From: Trypethelium eluteriae | Taxonomy: Eukaryota | NCBI GenBank assembly: GCA_051942245.1 | Contig: JAVECL010000127.1 | Coordinates: forward strand, 1-47,709 | DNA: 47,709 nt | Direction of reading: 5' to 3' | Shown here: positions 12,900 to 26,000 of the stretch, piece after piece | Layout of the letters: every line of letters begins with the position of its first letter | Position numbering within the stretch: position 1 is the stretch's first letter | Made by a program: the position numbers and the translations under genes | Notes under the pieces: generated by a model | The model's input: the letters and a program-made list of their open reading frames with translations, nothing else | Database searches by the model: none | What the model was told of the DNA's origin: nothing

Positions 12900-13325
12900 A
12901 TAGTGGGGAGCCAACAAGGGCCCCATGGGGAGCTCGCTTCACCATTTCACCTTTTGTTTACGGAGACCTGGGGTCGGTCCATTTACCCCGCTGGAATTAA
13001 AGTTTGCAGGGGATCTGGTGGTGCTTGTGTGATGATGCCCCACGGTTCTAGTGATCTGCGTACTGGGTAGCTTTGCTGTCCCACGCAGTGAGCAACCTCA
13101 AGGGCATGGGGGTTTTGGTGCAACCACTTTTCATTGATCAGATGGAGAGTCTTGAAATTGATCTCAAAAGTCCAAGGGTGATAAACCAGGGATTGAAAGA
13201 TTTTTAAAACCCTGGCCATGAAAATCCTTGACTTCCCTGACTTCCCTGACTCAGGGTCTCCGATCAACAGGGTGAACAGAGTGATGGTGGCTGGCAGACC
13301 GGTCACCACCAAGCGCCACAGTATT
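12900..13325 (+). ncRNA. Candidate structured non-coding RNA of unknown family
   Basis: Nested stems 12946-12953/13269-13276, 12961-12975/13248-13262, 13098-13116/13206-13231 and 13126-13140/13159-13171. Hairpins 13056-13088 and 13285-13308. Many G-U pairs on the + strand and no convincing ORF. Confidence 0.5.
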
Positions 13326-13605
13326 CAGGACATCTCGTCGCGAAGAATTGGCACTGTCCATGAATTCCCAAATAGAAAATTTCTTCTACAGAATAATGGA
13401 AGTCAAGCCGTAAATATCGTAACTCCACCATTCGTCCGTCCGTCCATCCGTCCAAGCCATTACATCCTCAACGAAAAGCCTTCATGCCGTCATAAACTTG
13501 TACAGCACTGGTATATGTACAGCTTCGACTGGCAAAGTCGTGAACCGGAGAAAATCAGGAAAGTAGAAACATATTCGTGCTGTTGGCCGAAGTTGAACGA
13601 TTTCG

Positions 13606-15819
13606 TCATTGCGTCGCCGCGCTTCCTTTTCGCTCTTTAGCATGGCCATCGCTGGCCAATTCTTGCTGCTCAAATTTTGCCCCAATCGTGCCCCTCTTTT
13701 CGTCGTAGTCAAACATGTTATCGATCGCCTGTTCGATATCTGAAAACAGATCCAACACATCCTCGTCTGCGTAGATCTTGATGCTCTGTACATCCCTCCT
13801 CTTCCCCGGGTCCCCTCCTCCCATCTTGGGGCTTCCTGCTTCTATCACCAGAGGCTTCACCTCTTGGTCCGCCGGCACCCCACCGGCCGGCGTCGTAGTG
13901 GAAGAAGGCAGCCCCGCAAACATCTTGGGACTATCAGTTCTCTCCACTGGACTCCTTGGCGGAGTCTGCTCAGGGGCAGCCTGCATGCCTTGCACCCTCA
14001 CTGCCATACCGACACCAATGCCTTGTCCCCCAGCCACAGGTGACATGACCAACGGAAGCACTTCTGGACTTCCCACAGTCTGTTCGCCCAACGTAAGCGC
14101 AACGCAGAAGTGCTCGAGCACCTTCTGCCGGATGCGAAGTCTGCGGTTCTCCGCCTGCTCGATTTTCTGGATCCAATCGTCAAGGCTAAGGTCGAGCTCG
14201 GCCAGGGCTTCTTCCTGCCGGATCAGGCCGTCCCGAGTGAAGATTGCGCCATTCTCACGCTTGAGGTAGGACATCATACGAGCGTGTAGCTTCTGTCGGC
14301 CAGCTCTTAGCGAGCGGTACGTCTTACGTAGATAGTCGCAGCGTTCGTCGAGAGCGCGGAGTTCCTGTTTGGCAAAAGTGTTTGGTCAGTTGATGGATTT
14401 GCTTAAAATGCACAGCAATGAGATAGAACGGATAGCGTTACCTTCGAGAGGGTGGCAATGTCCCTTTCGCTCAGAACCTCGAATTTGTCGGCCTGGGAGG
14501 TGGCTTGTCGGTGGAGTTTTCGCCTGTCGGCTTCGTTGAGCTTGTGGACAGCCTCGGATTTTTTGAGACCACTGGGGAGCTTCCAGACTTCTTTGGGTTC
14601 AGTGGAGCTGATGGAAGCGGTAGAGGCAGAAGGGTTCCTCTCCTGGTGGTCGAAGGATTGGGTACGTTTAATCGGACGTCCTCGATGCAGGACCGATAAA
14701 TCCGTGGACGGGCTGCTATCGTAGGCGGCCGCTTCGGATTGTTGTCTTCTGTGTACAGCGGGACTTGCAGATCCGGCAGTCATAGGTGATAAAACTTTTG
14801 ATTCGGGTGATTTCGCCCCAAGGGACTCAGTCGATGTCTTCTCGCTTGGACGTTGAGCGGTGGACGTCATACGAAGAGCATTGGACGAAATCTTGCGGGT
14901 GGGTGTCGGTCGATTGGATGCGGGAGAATTTCTGCCTCCAAGTGGAGCTGACTTTGGAGGAGGAATGGGAGGCGTCCGTTCTGGGGATACTGAAGATTCG
15001 TTCCTCGTTCGGATCTGCAGATTCGGTCGGCCCTCCTTGATGGTCGAGTTGACGGGGCTAGCAATAGGCTCCAAGGGAGTCGGTTTGAAAAGAGCTCCGG
15101 CAGACGTCTTTTTCTTCGCAGGACTTCCATTGGATGAGTCCCCCAGTGGCGACTTTTGTAGGCCCGTTGTTGGGGGCCCAGTTACGCAGGAAAGCATAGC
15201 ATCACCAAAGGGATTGTCTCTCCAACTGCTGCCGGGAGCACTGCTAGACCTTCCATGACCCGTTGGGGCGCCTTTCTGATACTTTGAGAGCTTGCGGACA
15301 GGTGGTCTGCCTGGAATGGTTGCTGGGAGCTGTTGTAAGCGTAGAAAATGGACAGAGCTAAAATGTGAGAGTTGCGTACGAGAGTCAATTGCAGAGCTTT
15401 CTTGAACCGTCGCCATGGACCCAAGCTCGGTAACACCAGGCCTTCGCCTGCGGGAAAAGGAGCCTGCTTTAGGGCGCAGAGCCAAGAGTGGTTCTTGAGA
15501 ACCTGAACTCGGAAAGTCCCGGGCCATAGTATCACTCAATGATGTTGTTGAGCGAGTAACTGAAAGGGCGATAACCTTTTCATCCGACGGTGATTCAGCC
15601 GGAGGGCTGGTTGAGCTTCCTCCCGGATAAGGCCGCAAAAGGTATTTGGGATTGACGGTAAGCTTCCACTTGTTGGTACGTCGAACAAGGTCACTATAAC
15701 CAGAATCTACTGGCTATATGTGTTTCTTGAGGTTAGGGAACGAACGGCTGATTGAGGTCCAAGTGAAAGCTTACAAAGTTAGGGCATGTTTGGGAATATG
15801 CCGGGTCTCGCAGATCCAT
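13606..15819 (-). CDS. Uds1 (up-regulated during septation) domain protein
   Basis: Long disordered Ser/Pro region with DSPTIPGRPP, then FEVLSERDIATLSKELRALDERCDYLRKTYRSLRAGRQKLH...QEEALAELDLSLDDW...RIRQKVLEH and C-terminal SIKIYAD. Introns 15714-15774, 15323-15379 and 14365-14441. Exon 1 is the least certain. Confidence 0.8.
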
Positions 15820-18800
15820 GCTCAGGCCTGGAGCGTTGTCAAGTGAAAGACAATTGGCAATGTGTGTCATGCTAACCACCGAGTTGGGGCAGGGTCTCAA
15901 GGCTCCTGCTGCGCGGTGGAGCTGATGCTAAGCAATGATGAGACCTGAAGTCCTGGGACAGTCGAACAAAAAAGAAAGGCGCCATGAAGTATTCTGGATT
16001 ATCAGACATATTAAGAGCGGGAGGCTAAAACAACTGTTGCTACAAAGAGCGTGGGTAGGCGGCGGACCCTGGACGAATTGCCGGTTACAGGGGAGCGGGC
16101 TTGACGGCTTCGAGAACCCGCAGAATGCGTGAAACGGTGCATGCGTAGGAGAAGCTGGTTATTCCCAAATCCTGCTTCTGCTCCGTGGTGGTGGCGCACG
16201 CAGACGGTGTAGACTACATCACATCCTGAGTCGAGCTTCCCGCCTACATGGGTTCCTGCATGAGAGCTTCGCACCGTGGAAAGCGCAACCGATCCCAGCG
16301 ATGGGGTTGCCACAGGGTATATGCGCGGACGCCGTTACAGATATAACGCCGTTCTGATGGGTGGAGTCGGTAACCCAAAGCACCCAAAGCACTGAACAGC
16401 CTTCCAGTGCGCTCAATCCGGCTAGCCACTGGCAAAGGCCTGAGGAGAGCTGGGAGAGCTGGGTAGGTACGCAGTAGAGGGTGGAATGCCGGCAGCGGTA
16501 GTTAGTGCTCTCATGGTCTTGCCGCGATCGTCTGACGATAGAAGAAATGCTGAAGAGCACGCCGGCTTCTCCGCATTTGGGCGTCCCATCACCGTTTTTC
16601 CTCCCTAGTATGGAGCAACGATGATGAGGCGAATAGTGGAGAAATGTCCGGTGGAGCTGGATGCAGTATGGTCACCAGCATGGTGGCTGGCGGCGCTGGA
16701 GTCTATGGCAATAGCTGTCGAGGGAGTTTGGGTGGTTGGGTGAGCAGTATCCCGTAGAGCACCTACCTTAGTATGTGCGCCTCGGCAGTGACACCCGCGG
16801 AGCGCTGCAGAAAGACGCAATGGAAATCCAGAATCACTTGGTGTATTGTCCCGCTTGCTGCCGTCCTACTACGAGAGAGAGATACGAAGAATCTACTCCG
16901 TAATGCTCCGTACTAGCTGCCTACCTAATCTAGCTCGACTGTCCCGTTGATGCCCCCCACGCGCGAGGAGCCTGGATTCCCTTCTGTCGCGACTCTATTC
17001 TTGCTTTTGGCATTCATCGGCTGCAGTTGAAAACACTCGACAGAGCATCTCTGATGAAGGGTGAGGCTGTCCCGATTGTCTTCACCAGCGCGCCGCATCG
17101 TCGTGTCTTGCTCCGTTCTCTACCATGGCATTGCGATCCAAAGCCTCCGCCCCTTCGTTTCGGTCCCTTGGACGACTTGCGGGACACTATCTCGCCAGCC
17201 GACAGACTAAGTTTCGTAACTCGAGCCGGACAATTTCCGTCTCCCACTACCATCTAGCTGCATCTTTTCTTGACTCGCTTCAGCTCCAGTCCAGCTTCAT
17301 CCAGGCCGACCATGTTTTTGACAGCTTGATGAAGCTTTGCTACAAGAGACTGTCATTACAGGCATTGCGGCAAAGGGAAAAAGACTCCGCAAAAGATGGA
17401 CTATCAGCTGCCCTTGCTTCTTATCTCTCGAGCAACAGGCTACTCTGCTATCCGGCGAAGATCGCAATGCGCCTTATCGATGCCTGGTGGTCACATCACC
17501 AAAGACGAATCTGGGATCAGAATCTTGGTCAGAATATTCCGGACAGTGATTATTATCATCACATCGACGGAATAGGAACATCTGGATCAAGCCTCTCAGG
17601 GGTCTCCTCATTGTTAAGCTAAATTTCGAAGACGACATCCATGCATGGGCACGTGGAGACGACAGGCATGTCTTACCTTAGGTACCTCCTTGATCCTGTT
17701 GGTCAGTGGTCACTCAGTGGGGCCTGGACTCGCCACGTCCGAGTTCCTACTCAGATTCAAAGGCGCGCCTGACTCTTCTCGAGACCCTTTTCACTACACC
17801 ATAGTAAAACCATCGATTCACGCTCACTGCAAAATTTCGCTAACTTACTATACGGGCGTATTCGTCGCTTGTTATAACCCTCAGTCGACGTCCATGCCAA
17901 AGCGAGATGCGGATTTCAGCCCCCGAGCGCGGACCCACGTGCACCTCAAACCACTACAAAACCGTTCAAAAGTCTATCTATCCTTCGTCCAAAGTATAAT
18001 AAGAAGCTAATCTAGGACACACGACAGTTCACTTCAGCAAAGCCTATATGCTAATTACAGGTCATCATCTCAGTGTTGGCGCCATCTTGTCGTATCGTTC
18101 ACTCATCGTTTTGCAGTATTCAAGGATAGCCCTTGAATGTACCTTTGAGTTCTATTGCACGTCCATCACGTCCCAGTAGGTCAAGGCCAGCTTCGCTCGT
18201 GATGGGTAAGATCGATCCAAGATCTCTATCTCCGATGCCAATAAGACTACCGCATCATTGCATCAAATCATGGGGCTTAGAAGCTGATTCTCCGTAGCTT
18301 CTATACCTCTCGGAGACTTTGCTGTGCGAGACAAGATAAGCAATTTGTAATTGTGGGCAGCAAGAAACGAGCCTAGCTGATGAGGTCTGCTGTTGAGTGA
18401 ACTTGAGTCGGCCTAATATACATGTAGTCGGGCCGGCGCTCGACTCATGTTGAAGTGTGACCACAACCAAAGCGCAGCCTCATTAGACCCCAAGGCATTG
18501 ATCAAACCGACCTCTCTACGGACTCGTGGTCCACTCGCGGCTCCTGCAGGGCTGACAACAAACCCCATGCAAAAGATCGACCCAGTAAATGACCGAGATG
18601 GCTGAAGAAAGATGAAACTAATGATCGCGTCTGCCAGGAAGTGAGCGTGACCATCTTGATGTCCTGAAGAATGATAATCTCGATAGTAGCTTTATAGAAG
18701 AGCAATACGGAGTACTGTCTCGCGAGATGATTATTTCCGGGTCCCACAAACTCAAGTACATCCACATGGGACTTCCATTGAGCGCTAGGCCTCTTCGAGA

Positions 18801-21800
18801 CCTTTTGACCATTTCTTCAAGTGAACAGTTTCGATAACATGAGAATCTAAAAAGGATCGAGTACAGATCGCCCGGTCATGCTCTCGAATACCTAGGTAGG
18901 AAGAGACGCTGCTACTATTGGAAAGTTAGCTCTCAGTATCTTACACTTGATCTCCAGCTGCGTCACAGCGCAAAAGTTCTGACGGTCATCAGACTATCGT
19001 CAGATTAAGCGCGTAACAGACCGCCCCACAGTGGACATCGGAAGCAACCGCAAGGTTTGCTAGCAGTTCTTGGCCATGTGCTTCAGAATACGTAATGTTT
19101 TCTGACGGAACGACAAGCGCCATTCTGTTTAGACCGACGTCCCACGCATAGCAATCCATGGGTAAGCACCCGCAGACATTAGTCCTAAGTGAGAAAATAG
19201 TTGCTACGAAGGCAGAGTTGACAGACTCATTCGGCCAAATGCCCACTTTAAGAAAGCGTCAGCGGTCAAACGAAATTTTCGAACTACCAACAAAGTGCAT
19301 GGCGATACGAGAGAATTTTCGTCAGTTGGACAATAGCAAGATACTACTATGCGACGATGCACAGATTCAGAGAGCCCCATTTTTCCAGGACAAGTATGTG
19401 GTCAGACGAACCACTTGTGTATCACCAGTGCCGTCAAGATCAGCCTCACGCGTAGTGAGCATAAGATGTGGCGGCCGCGATCGCTTCTCGACTCATGATT
19501 TGCCTAGTGACCTCTTTACCTCCGATTTAGCGTCAATAGGTCCCAAAGTCTTGGCTTGACACAACTTCGGCAGAGAGACATCGGCACCACTGGCCAACAT
19601 CTGATATGGCAGGGCTCCTTCATGAACTGCCTGTCGAAGATTTCATGAAGGTAAGCCTGTAGTATTGACTCTCACGGCAAACATCTGCGGCAGCGTAAAG
19701 TGTATGATTCTCCTCTCAGGCCTCGTATCTGTCCGAAAACAGAAATCGTCCGAATCCGACACAGAAACCCTTGGTTTTCCAGGTTCATGACTTCCGACTT
19801 AATCTCCTCAGTTCCCAGGATCAAGGTCCTATAGCTCTTGTCACTTCGTCAAAATACAAAGCATACGATTTGTATTGATGATGATTAAGGGTCCAACGAA
19901 GATTGAAGCCTTGAGCCACTCGTGTACACGATCAACTTTATAGAAGTCAAACAAGGCTCATTCGTAGTCCTCCCCAGAGACAGGGAACTCCAGGCCCTTT
20001 TGGAGCTGATAGCTGGCAATCCTATCCTGTGGTTGGATCATTGGCCACGCTTTGGTTGTCTGGACTGCTGATTAGTTCGTCCCTGATTTCATCTCAAGCA
20101 TCAATGAGTAAGGGCCCTGATTACCTCAGACGATCCACCAACCGTCGTGCGCAGTGAAGCAGAATCCTTGTTACACGCTCAGAAACATGATGTGGTCGGT
20201 CTGAGCAAGCTAGTAGGCAGACTGTTTCACGTGTACATCCCCTACCTTCCGTATTCCATTTGAAAATCAGGCTCTATGTCGATTTCCTTTCGAAACCTTC
20301 CAGGCTTTCTGTATAAGAGTTCTTTCTTAGATCAGTCTTTAAATCAAAATCCAGCACGAGGCCCACAAACCGTGGCTTAGGGACGTTGACGTCGAAGTAA
20401 TGCTGTGCAATTCACTAACAACCCATAAGATGCCTCCCCAACGACAGACCTAAACGAGGCGTCTACTTTCTATTGCTTCGGTATGCTCTCAAGACCGACG
20501 AACAGAAATTGCCTCATACTCCAGTCCTTCAATATTTTAAGTAACATTTGCTCAGAGCATCTTCATTTTACACTCTCTGTGTCGCAATTGTTCAAGGCCG
20601 GTCCACTAACCGCGTTCAGAATTATTTCAAAAATTCGACTTCGATTTTTACCTTTGTTTTCACAGCGCTAGCATTCGAAAAAAGTGGAAAGTCGAAAGAA
20701 AGAAAGACAAGCTGACAAAGGAGAAGAAAAAAGATCAACAATAAACCCATAGCTGTATTATGTTCGGGACGGTGCTATCTTGATCGGCTTCTATCATCAA
20801 TATCGGACATTTGAAGGCGAGTGCGATCGAGAATTGGAAATCAAGATAGGCCATAATCGTACGAAGGGACAGGTCACGAATGTCTCAACACTATTCATAT
20901 GAGATGCCCTCACAGGCTCGTCAGACGCTGTTATCTACTCAAGGATTTGTCACCGGGTCCATGCTCATCTCTAGAGGGGTTTCTTGTGTCTCAGAGCCTA
21001 CCGTTCGGAAAAAATTACCACTCAAAGACCCCCATGGGTATGGGGCAAACCAGCAAGACCGTTGAACATACTCTGTCCGGCATCGGTCCGAATGACACGA
21101 CCGCGAGATCCGCTTCACACGCAGGCGCATCTGATCACCGATGTACCCTAAGAAAAAGACCATCCGCCTACCTCTTTAATGCATTGTCAAAGCTTGGGTC
21201 TCAGCTGGAGGGAGACACGATGGTGACAACAAGTATTGTACTGGAGCAGGAAAGCTCAGCAGCGCCATTGCAGCCTATGGATCTGTAAGTCGAAAATGGC
21301 AGCATCCGAAGATGAGGTGCCTTGTTTTGGAAAACAACCCTCATATGGCTCGCCGGCTTCCTGACTCTACCACTGAGCATTTCTGCTATCTTACATTCAG
21401 AAACTATGACCACACTTCACTGTGCCCTAGGTAGCTGACAATGTTGACAGATCTTAGATAAGGATTTGATAATTGTTCTCGACAACTTTTCTGCCAATCT
21501 CATTTGTCACCACAATCGTGAAGGACCATCAAAAAGGTATCGAAAGCAGGCTGATACCCACGTGGCAAGCTACAATCCAATGATCATCTTCTAGAGTGAA
21601 ATATTCATGCTTAACCTCCGGTTTTCTGCAGGAATTAAGCTAGCTACACAGCTAGTGACCTACCTAGACTAAAGAATAACAAAGGTTGACGATCTTGTAT
21701 TTGCCTACTGTATGGATTTTGCGATAAATTGCAAGAACTTACCACAACAAGCTCGTTGAACTTCGACTAAAGGTCTCATTGGTGGACTTATTGACTGGCT

Positions 21801-22466
21801 CTAATGCAACTACACATCTGAAGCATGGCGCTCTGCGTGAGGATTCTACAGAATACAGAGAATCAAGTACGGCGGCGTCACAGAGAAAGAGAATTTAGCC
21901 TGAAGACCTGCTTACAAGCTAAGTCGAGTTGCGGCTGGTTCACGGCGTCAGGGGAGCAAAAAATAACCTTAATTCTCAAGGTCATGTGCCGTCGATCGCG
22001 CCTAGCGCGGTTTTAAATTTAGTTGATACGTGGAACACTAATAGAAAACCTGCAATGGTATCTTTAGGCGGAATAATGAGGATCAACCATCCACCCAGAA
22101 CTTCTGATGGTGTAGGTACGTCACTTTTGAGATCGGTACCAAGCCGTGGCTTTGTGATTTTCAGCTGTGTAGCGCATATCCCCGCAGCTCTGGCTGGATC
22201 TGTTGAATGATGGACAACATTGGAGTTCCAGATCCAGTCATACCGCCGTAGGCTGCTTACTTGGGATGTGCTTCAGCTGCAGATGAGGTGCAGCACGATT
22301 CTCGTGCAACGCCATGGACGCCGTGGGGTAATGTCCGAGAAACGAGCCTCAAGACAGAATGAACGCACTAGCGAAAGCTTAACGCCAATGCATTTGTCCC
22401 CTTGATATCGCCAAGATCCTAAGCAATGCAAGTGATCCCAAACACCACAGAACACCAAAGACGGGG

Positions 22467-23623
22467 CTAATAACCACTTTGACCGTAGGGAGTTGCGCCA
22501 TAGGGGGTTGTACCACCACCACCCCACGCACTTACATTGCCTCCGTACGGAGTGGTGTAGCCTTCGTTTCCACCGTAAGACGTTCCGGGCGTATATCCAG
22601 GGCTTGCGCCACCGTAACCATTCATATCGCGTTGATCATCACCTCCTGAGAGCTCTTGAATGACGGAGGCTAGTTTTTGTTGCAGCACCTTGATGCCCTG
22701 CTGCATGATGGCGTCTGGCTCAAGACCGCCTACTGTCTCGACGTTCATGTAGAAGGTGTCTGGTTCGGCGTGGTAGTCAAAGGGCTCACCCTCGGCGGGC
22801 TCCGGCTCCCATTCTGCATTGGGTCCGACGGGCCTGTGAAGTACCAGTGTCAGTATCGTTGCAAAGCAGCTGGCGCTACTGCTCCTGCTCCTGCTACTAC
22901 TACTGCAGACTGGGTGCCAGCAAGCGACACGCACTTACCACTCTTCTTTAGGATTATTCTCAAACCAATAGTCCAAATGCCGTAACCGATTGTGAGGATC
23001 GTACTCGAATGCGACCGCCGCCGTGGGCGCCCACTTCGCATGCTCCTTCGCAATTCCCTTCTTCGCCACGCACTTCATCTTCAACTCTTGCCCCTTCCTG
23101 AGCTTGCATATGATCGGCCCTTTCCCCTCCGGATCCACGATCACCGGTGTGCCCACAAACTCGTTCGCTCGCTCCTCGCTCACCACCAGGTCGCGCGCAT
23201 ACACGCTCATGACGCAATCGCCCGTGCAGCGCGCCCGCAACGTCAGCGTCACGCTGCACCGCTCGCAATACTGCTCGCAGTCGCAGTCCCGCGTGTATGC
23301 CACCTCCTCGACGTTGCGCGCGCTGAGCGGAATCAGGCCGAGTCGGTGCGCGAGGAACTCGTCGGCGAGCACGGTCGTGTTGGACTCGACCTCGACGAGG
23401 TCGATGGCCATGGTGGGGATCTCGGCGAGGACGACGCGGCGGAGGGAGTTGGCGAAGGCGAGGTCGACATTGCGGAGGACGAAGTCGACATCGCTGGGGT
23501 TGGCCTGGGATGATGGGTTACTTTGAGAGGGGAGTGGAGAGGGTGGTGGAGGGCGCGACGCACTCCGCGAATGGTTACCTGAGGACCGAGATCCTCAGTA
23601 TCCATGGGCATTCCATATTCCAT
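22467..23623 (-). CDS. RPB3: RNA polymerase II subunit RPB3
   Basis: [22 protein letters not shown], Zn motif [33 protein letters not shown]. Introns 23505-23563 and 22834-22938. Confidence 0.97.
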
Positions 23624-24436
23624 GTCGATGCACTTCCCTCGGCGGGAGACGGACAGAGTAGGGCGTTAAGATCACTCGTTGGGTTTGTCTTCTGACCCAA
23701 ATGTAGTATAGCAGAGCTTTAGAAGAAGACTCTCATCATCGCGGGTGGTCAGGCTGACAGTTAAAGTTGCTAGCGTGCTTGGAGTGCCTCGACAAAAATA
23801 TGTGAGGTGATATTTTACCGCGATCAACCTTCAAGGGTAAGCTACTCTAAGGTACGAAGGTACTGAGTCCGAACTGGGTTTAGCGTAGATGACTGTACTT
23901 CCGTCAACTCTCAGGTACTCCGTACTACCTCCCACGATTACATGTACTTGCATAGACCTGACCACTCTAGGCTAGCCTTCCTAGTAGGTAAGTAAATGCA
24001 TAGCATGGAGCGCGGCCTGTTCTATGTAATGACTATCGTCTCCAGCACCTACTCTACTCTGGACCGCCTATGACGCCTCTCCCTCCATGCTTAGGAGAAA
24101 AGTCGCTATCAATTCCTGTACCCTTCAAGACCGGTTTGCCCATTCATTGTCATCACCGTCATCTTCATTTCTGTCTAGCTAATGAGCTGTAATAATTCGA
24201 TTTTTCAAACCTTAAAGTTCGTATAGTTTTCACCGATCTCGATATATGTGACTCACGCGTGTTTGCCTGTTGAATGCCCCAACACTTGGCGTAAGCTGCC
24301 GATTTCCTGCGACAATGCTTATTTCACAATATCTCTTATATACGTGCTACCTGCAGGACTCAAGACCGCAAAGTTTCAACGAAAACGACTAGATCAATAT
24401 CAATAGCCCAGCTTCGACCTGCAACGGCATTCACTT

Positions 24437-26000
24437 ATGGACCTTTTGAACTCCCCGGGCTTCACTGCCCATGTCGAAGAGCTTCTAGAGCAATGGCACG
24501 TGCCAGGCTTGGCTATTGCTATCATTCAGAACGATATCACTGTGTCGAGAGGTTTCGGGAGAGCTTCTTTGAATCCAGCTAAGCCATGTACCCCGGATAC
24601 ATTATTCGACATCGCGTCTTCTTCGAAGTCTCTGACTGCTGCGTCCGTTGCATTGCTAGTTGCTGACAATGAAAAATATCCTCATGTGCAATGGGATGCA
24701 AAAATGTCTAGCCTCCTGCCGGATGATTTTGTAATGTCTGAGGAAAACTATACTGCAAATGTTACAGTAGAAGACATGCTCAGCCACAGGACTGGACTGC
24801 CGGCGTGAGTGCCTCATTACTCTCTTTTCTCAAGTCCGAAATAACATATATAGGCACGACTCATCATATCTGGGCATAAAGGCCGCTCAACCAGATACCG
24901 CACAGTCCATAGCGCGGAACGTACGGAACCTGCAAATCAGCGCCCCGATACGGTCCAAATATATGTACAACAACTTGATGTTCACCATCGCTAGCTACCT
25001 TGTCGAGAAGATGAGTGGCTTGTCGTTTGCCGAGTTTCTTCGGTCCCGTTTCTTCGGTCCCATCGGCATGAACTCGACACGGCTACAGCCAGAGGCAGCA
25101 AGGGCTGCGGGTCTAAGTGATCGTATTGCGACACCGTATGTATGGGACGAAGACAAGAATACGTATAAGCCAATCGAAATTCTACAATCTCCAGAAGACC
25201 AAGGCGCCGGTAGTATAATAACCTCGGTAAACGATTACATTAAGTGGGTGAAGACGGTTATGCAGCAGGAGCCTCCTATTTCTGAAGAGATCTATAAGAG
25301 TCTCGTCAGACCACGTATCTTCGCAAACCCCGATGATGATGACCTGGATCCGCTCACTTCATGGTCGGCGTACGCGGCAGGCTGGGAACCATACTTCTAC
25401 AGGGGCTCTTTGGTCGTCCGACACGAAGGAGCAATTTCGGGCTTCGGTAGCATACACTTCTTCCTGCCAAAGCAAAATATCGGTGGTGTGATCCTTGGAA
25501 ACTCGAGCGAGGCCTCTGACCTGGCCCCCGTTCTTGCTCATGAGCTCATCGATGAAGCTCTCAAGGTTCCAAAGCCTAAGCGTCCGGACTGGAACGCGCT
25601 CTATTTACAAAGGAAGGCAAAACGTGAAGAGGACGACGAGGCAGGTAGACTCAGGAAAGAGCTCCGCCCAGACTTCGATGGAACTCCGCAGCCACAAAAA
25701 ATTCCGCTCGGCACCTATACTGGCGAATACTGGAACGCTGGATATCGCGGTATGATCTTAGAGATAAAGGATAACAAGTTGTTCGTCAATGCAACGGATC
25801 GCTCTATGGGCTTCTACCTCACATTCGAACATATTTGTGATCAGACCAAGTATATTGCGCACTTAGAAGACTGCGATGATGGCGGGGATGACCCATTTCT
25901 TGCAGAATTCCGCTTCGACAACGATCGGGTCGTGAAAATGGGGTTGAAGATTGAGCCTGAGATAGACGCCTTTATTTGGTTTGATAAAGTAGACAATTGA
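24437..26000 (+). CDS. Beta-lactamase/transpeptidase-like serine hydrolase (AmpC-like) with C-terminal DUF3471-like domain
   Basis: VPGLAIAI, SxxK (IASSSKS), LSHRTGLP, YxN (YMYNN), HEG, and C-terminal YTGEYWNAGY. Intron 24805-24853. Confidence 0.9.

Noticed and set aside
13029..13249. Box C/D snoRNA call from GTGATGA and CTGA
   Set aside because: The boxes are not juxtaposed by a terminal stem and I could not identify an rRNA-complementary guide. Kept only as part of the unknown structured RNA.
17000..22400. RIP-mutated transposon
   Set aside because: Not markedly AT- or TpA-rich overall, and no transposase or reverse transcriptase motifs or terminal repeats were recognised.
22874..22907. 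(GCT/ACT/CCT)n trinucleotide-like run in RPB3 intron 2
   Set aside because: Ordinary degenerate intronic microsatellite.
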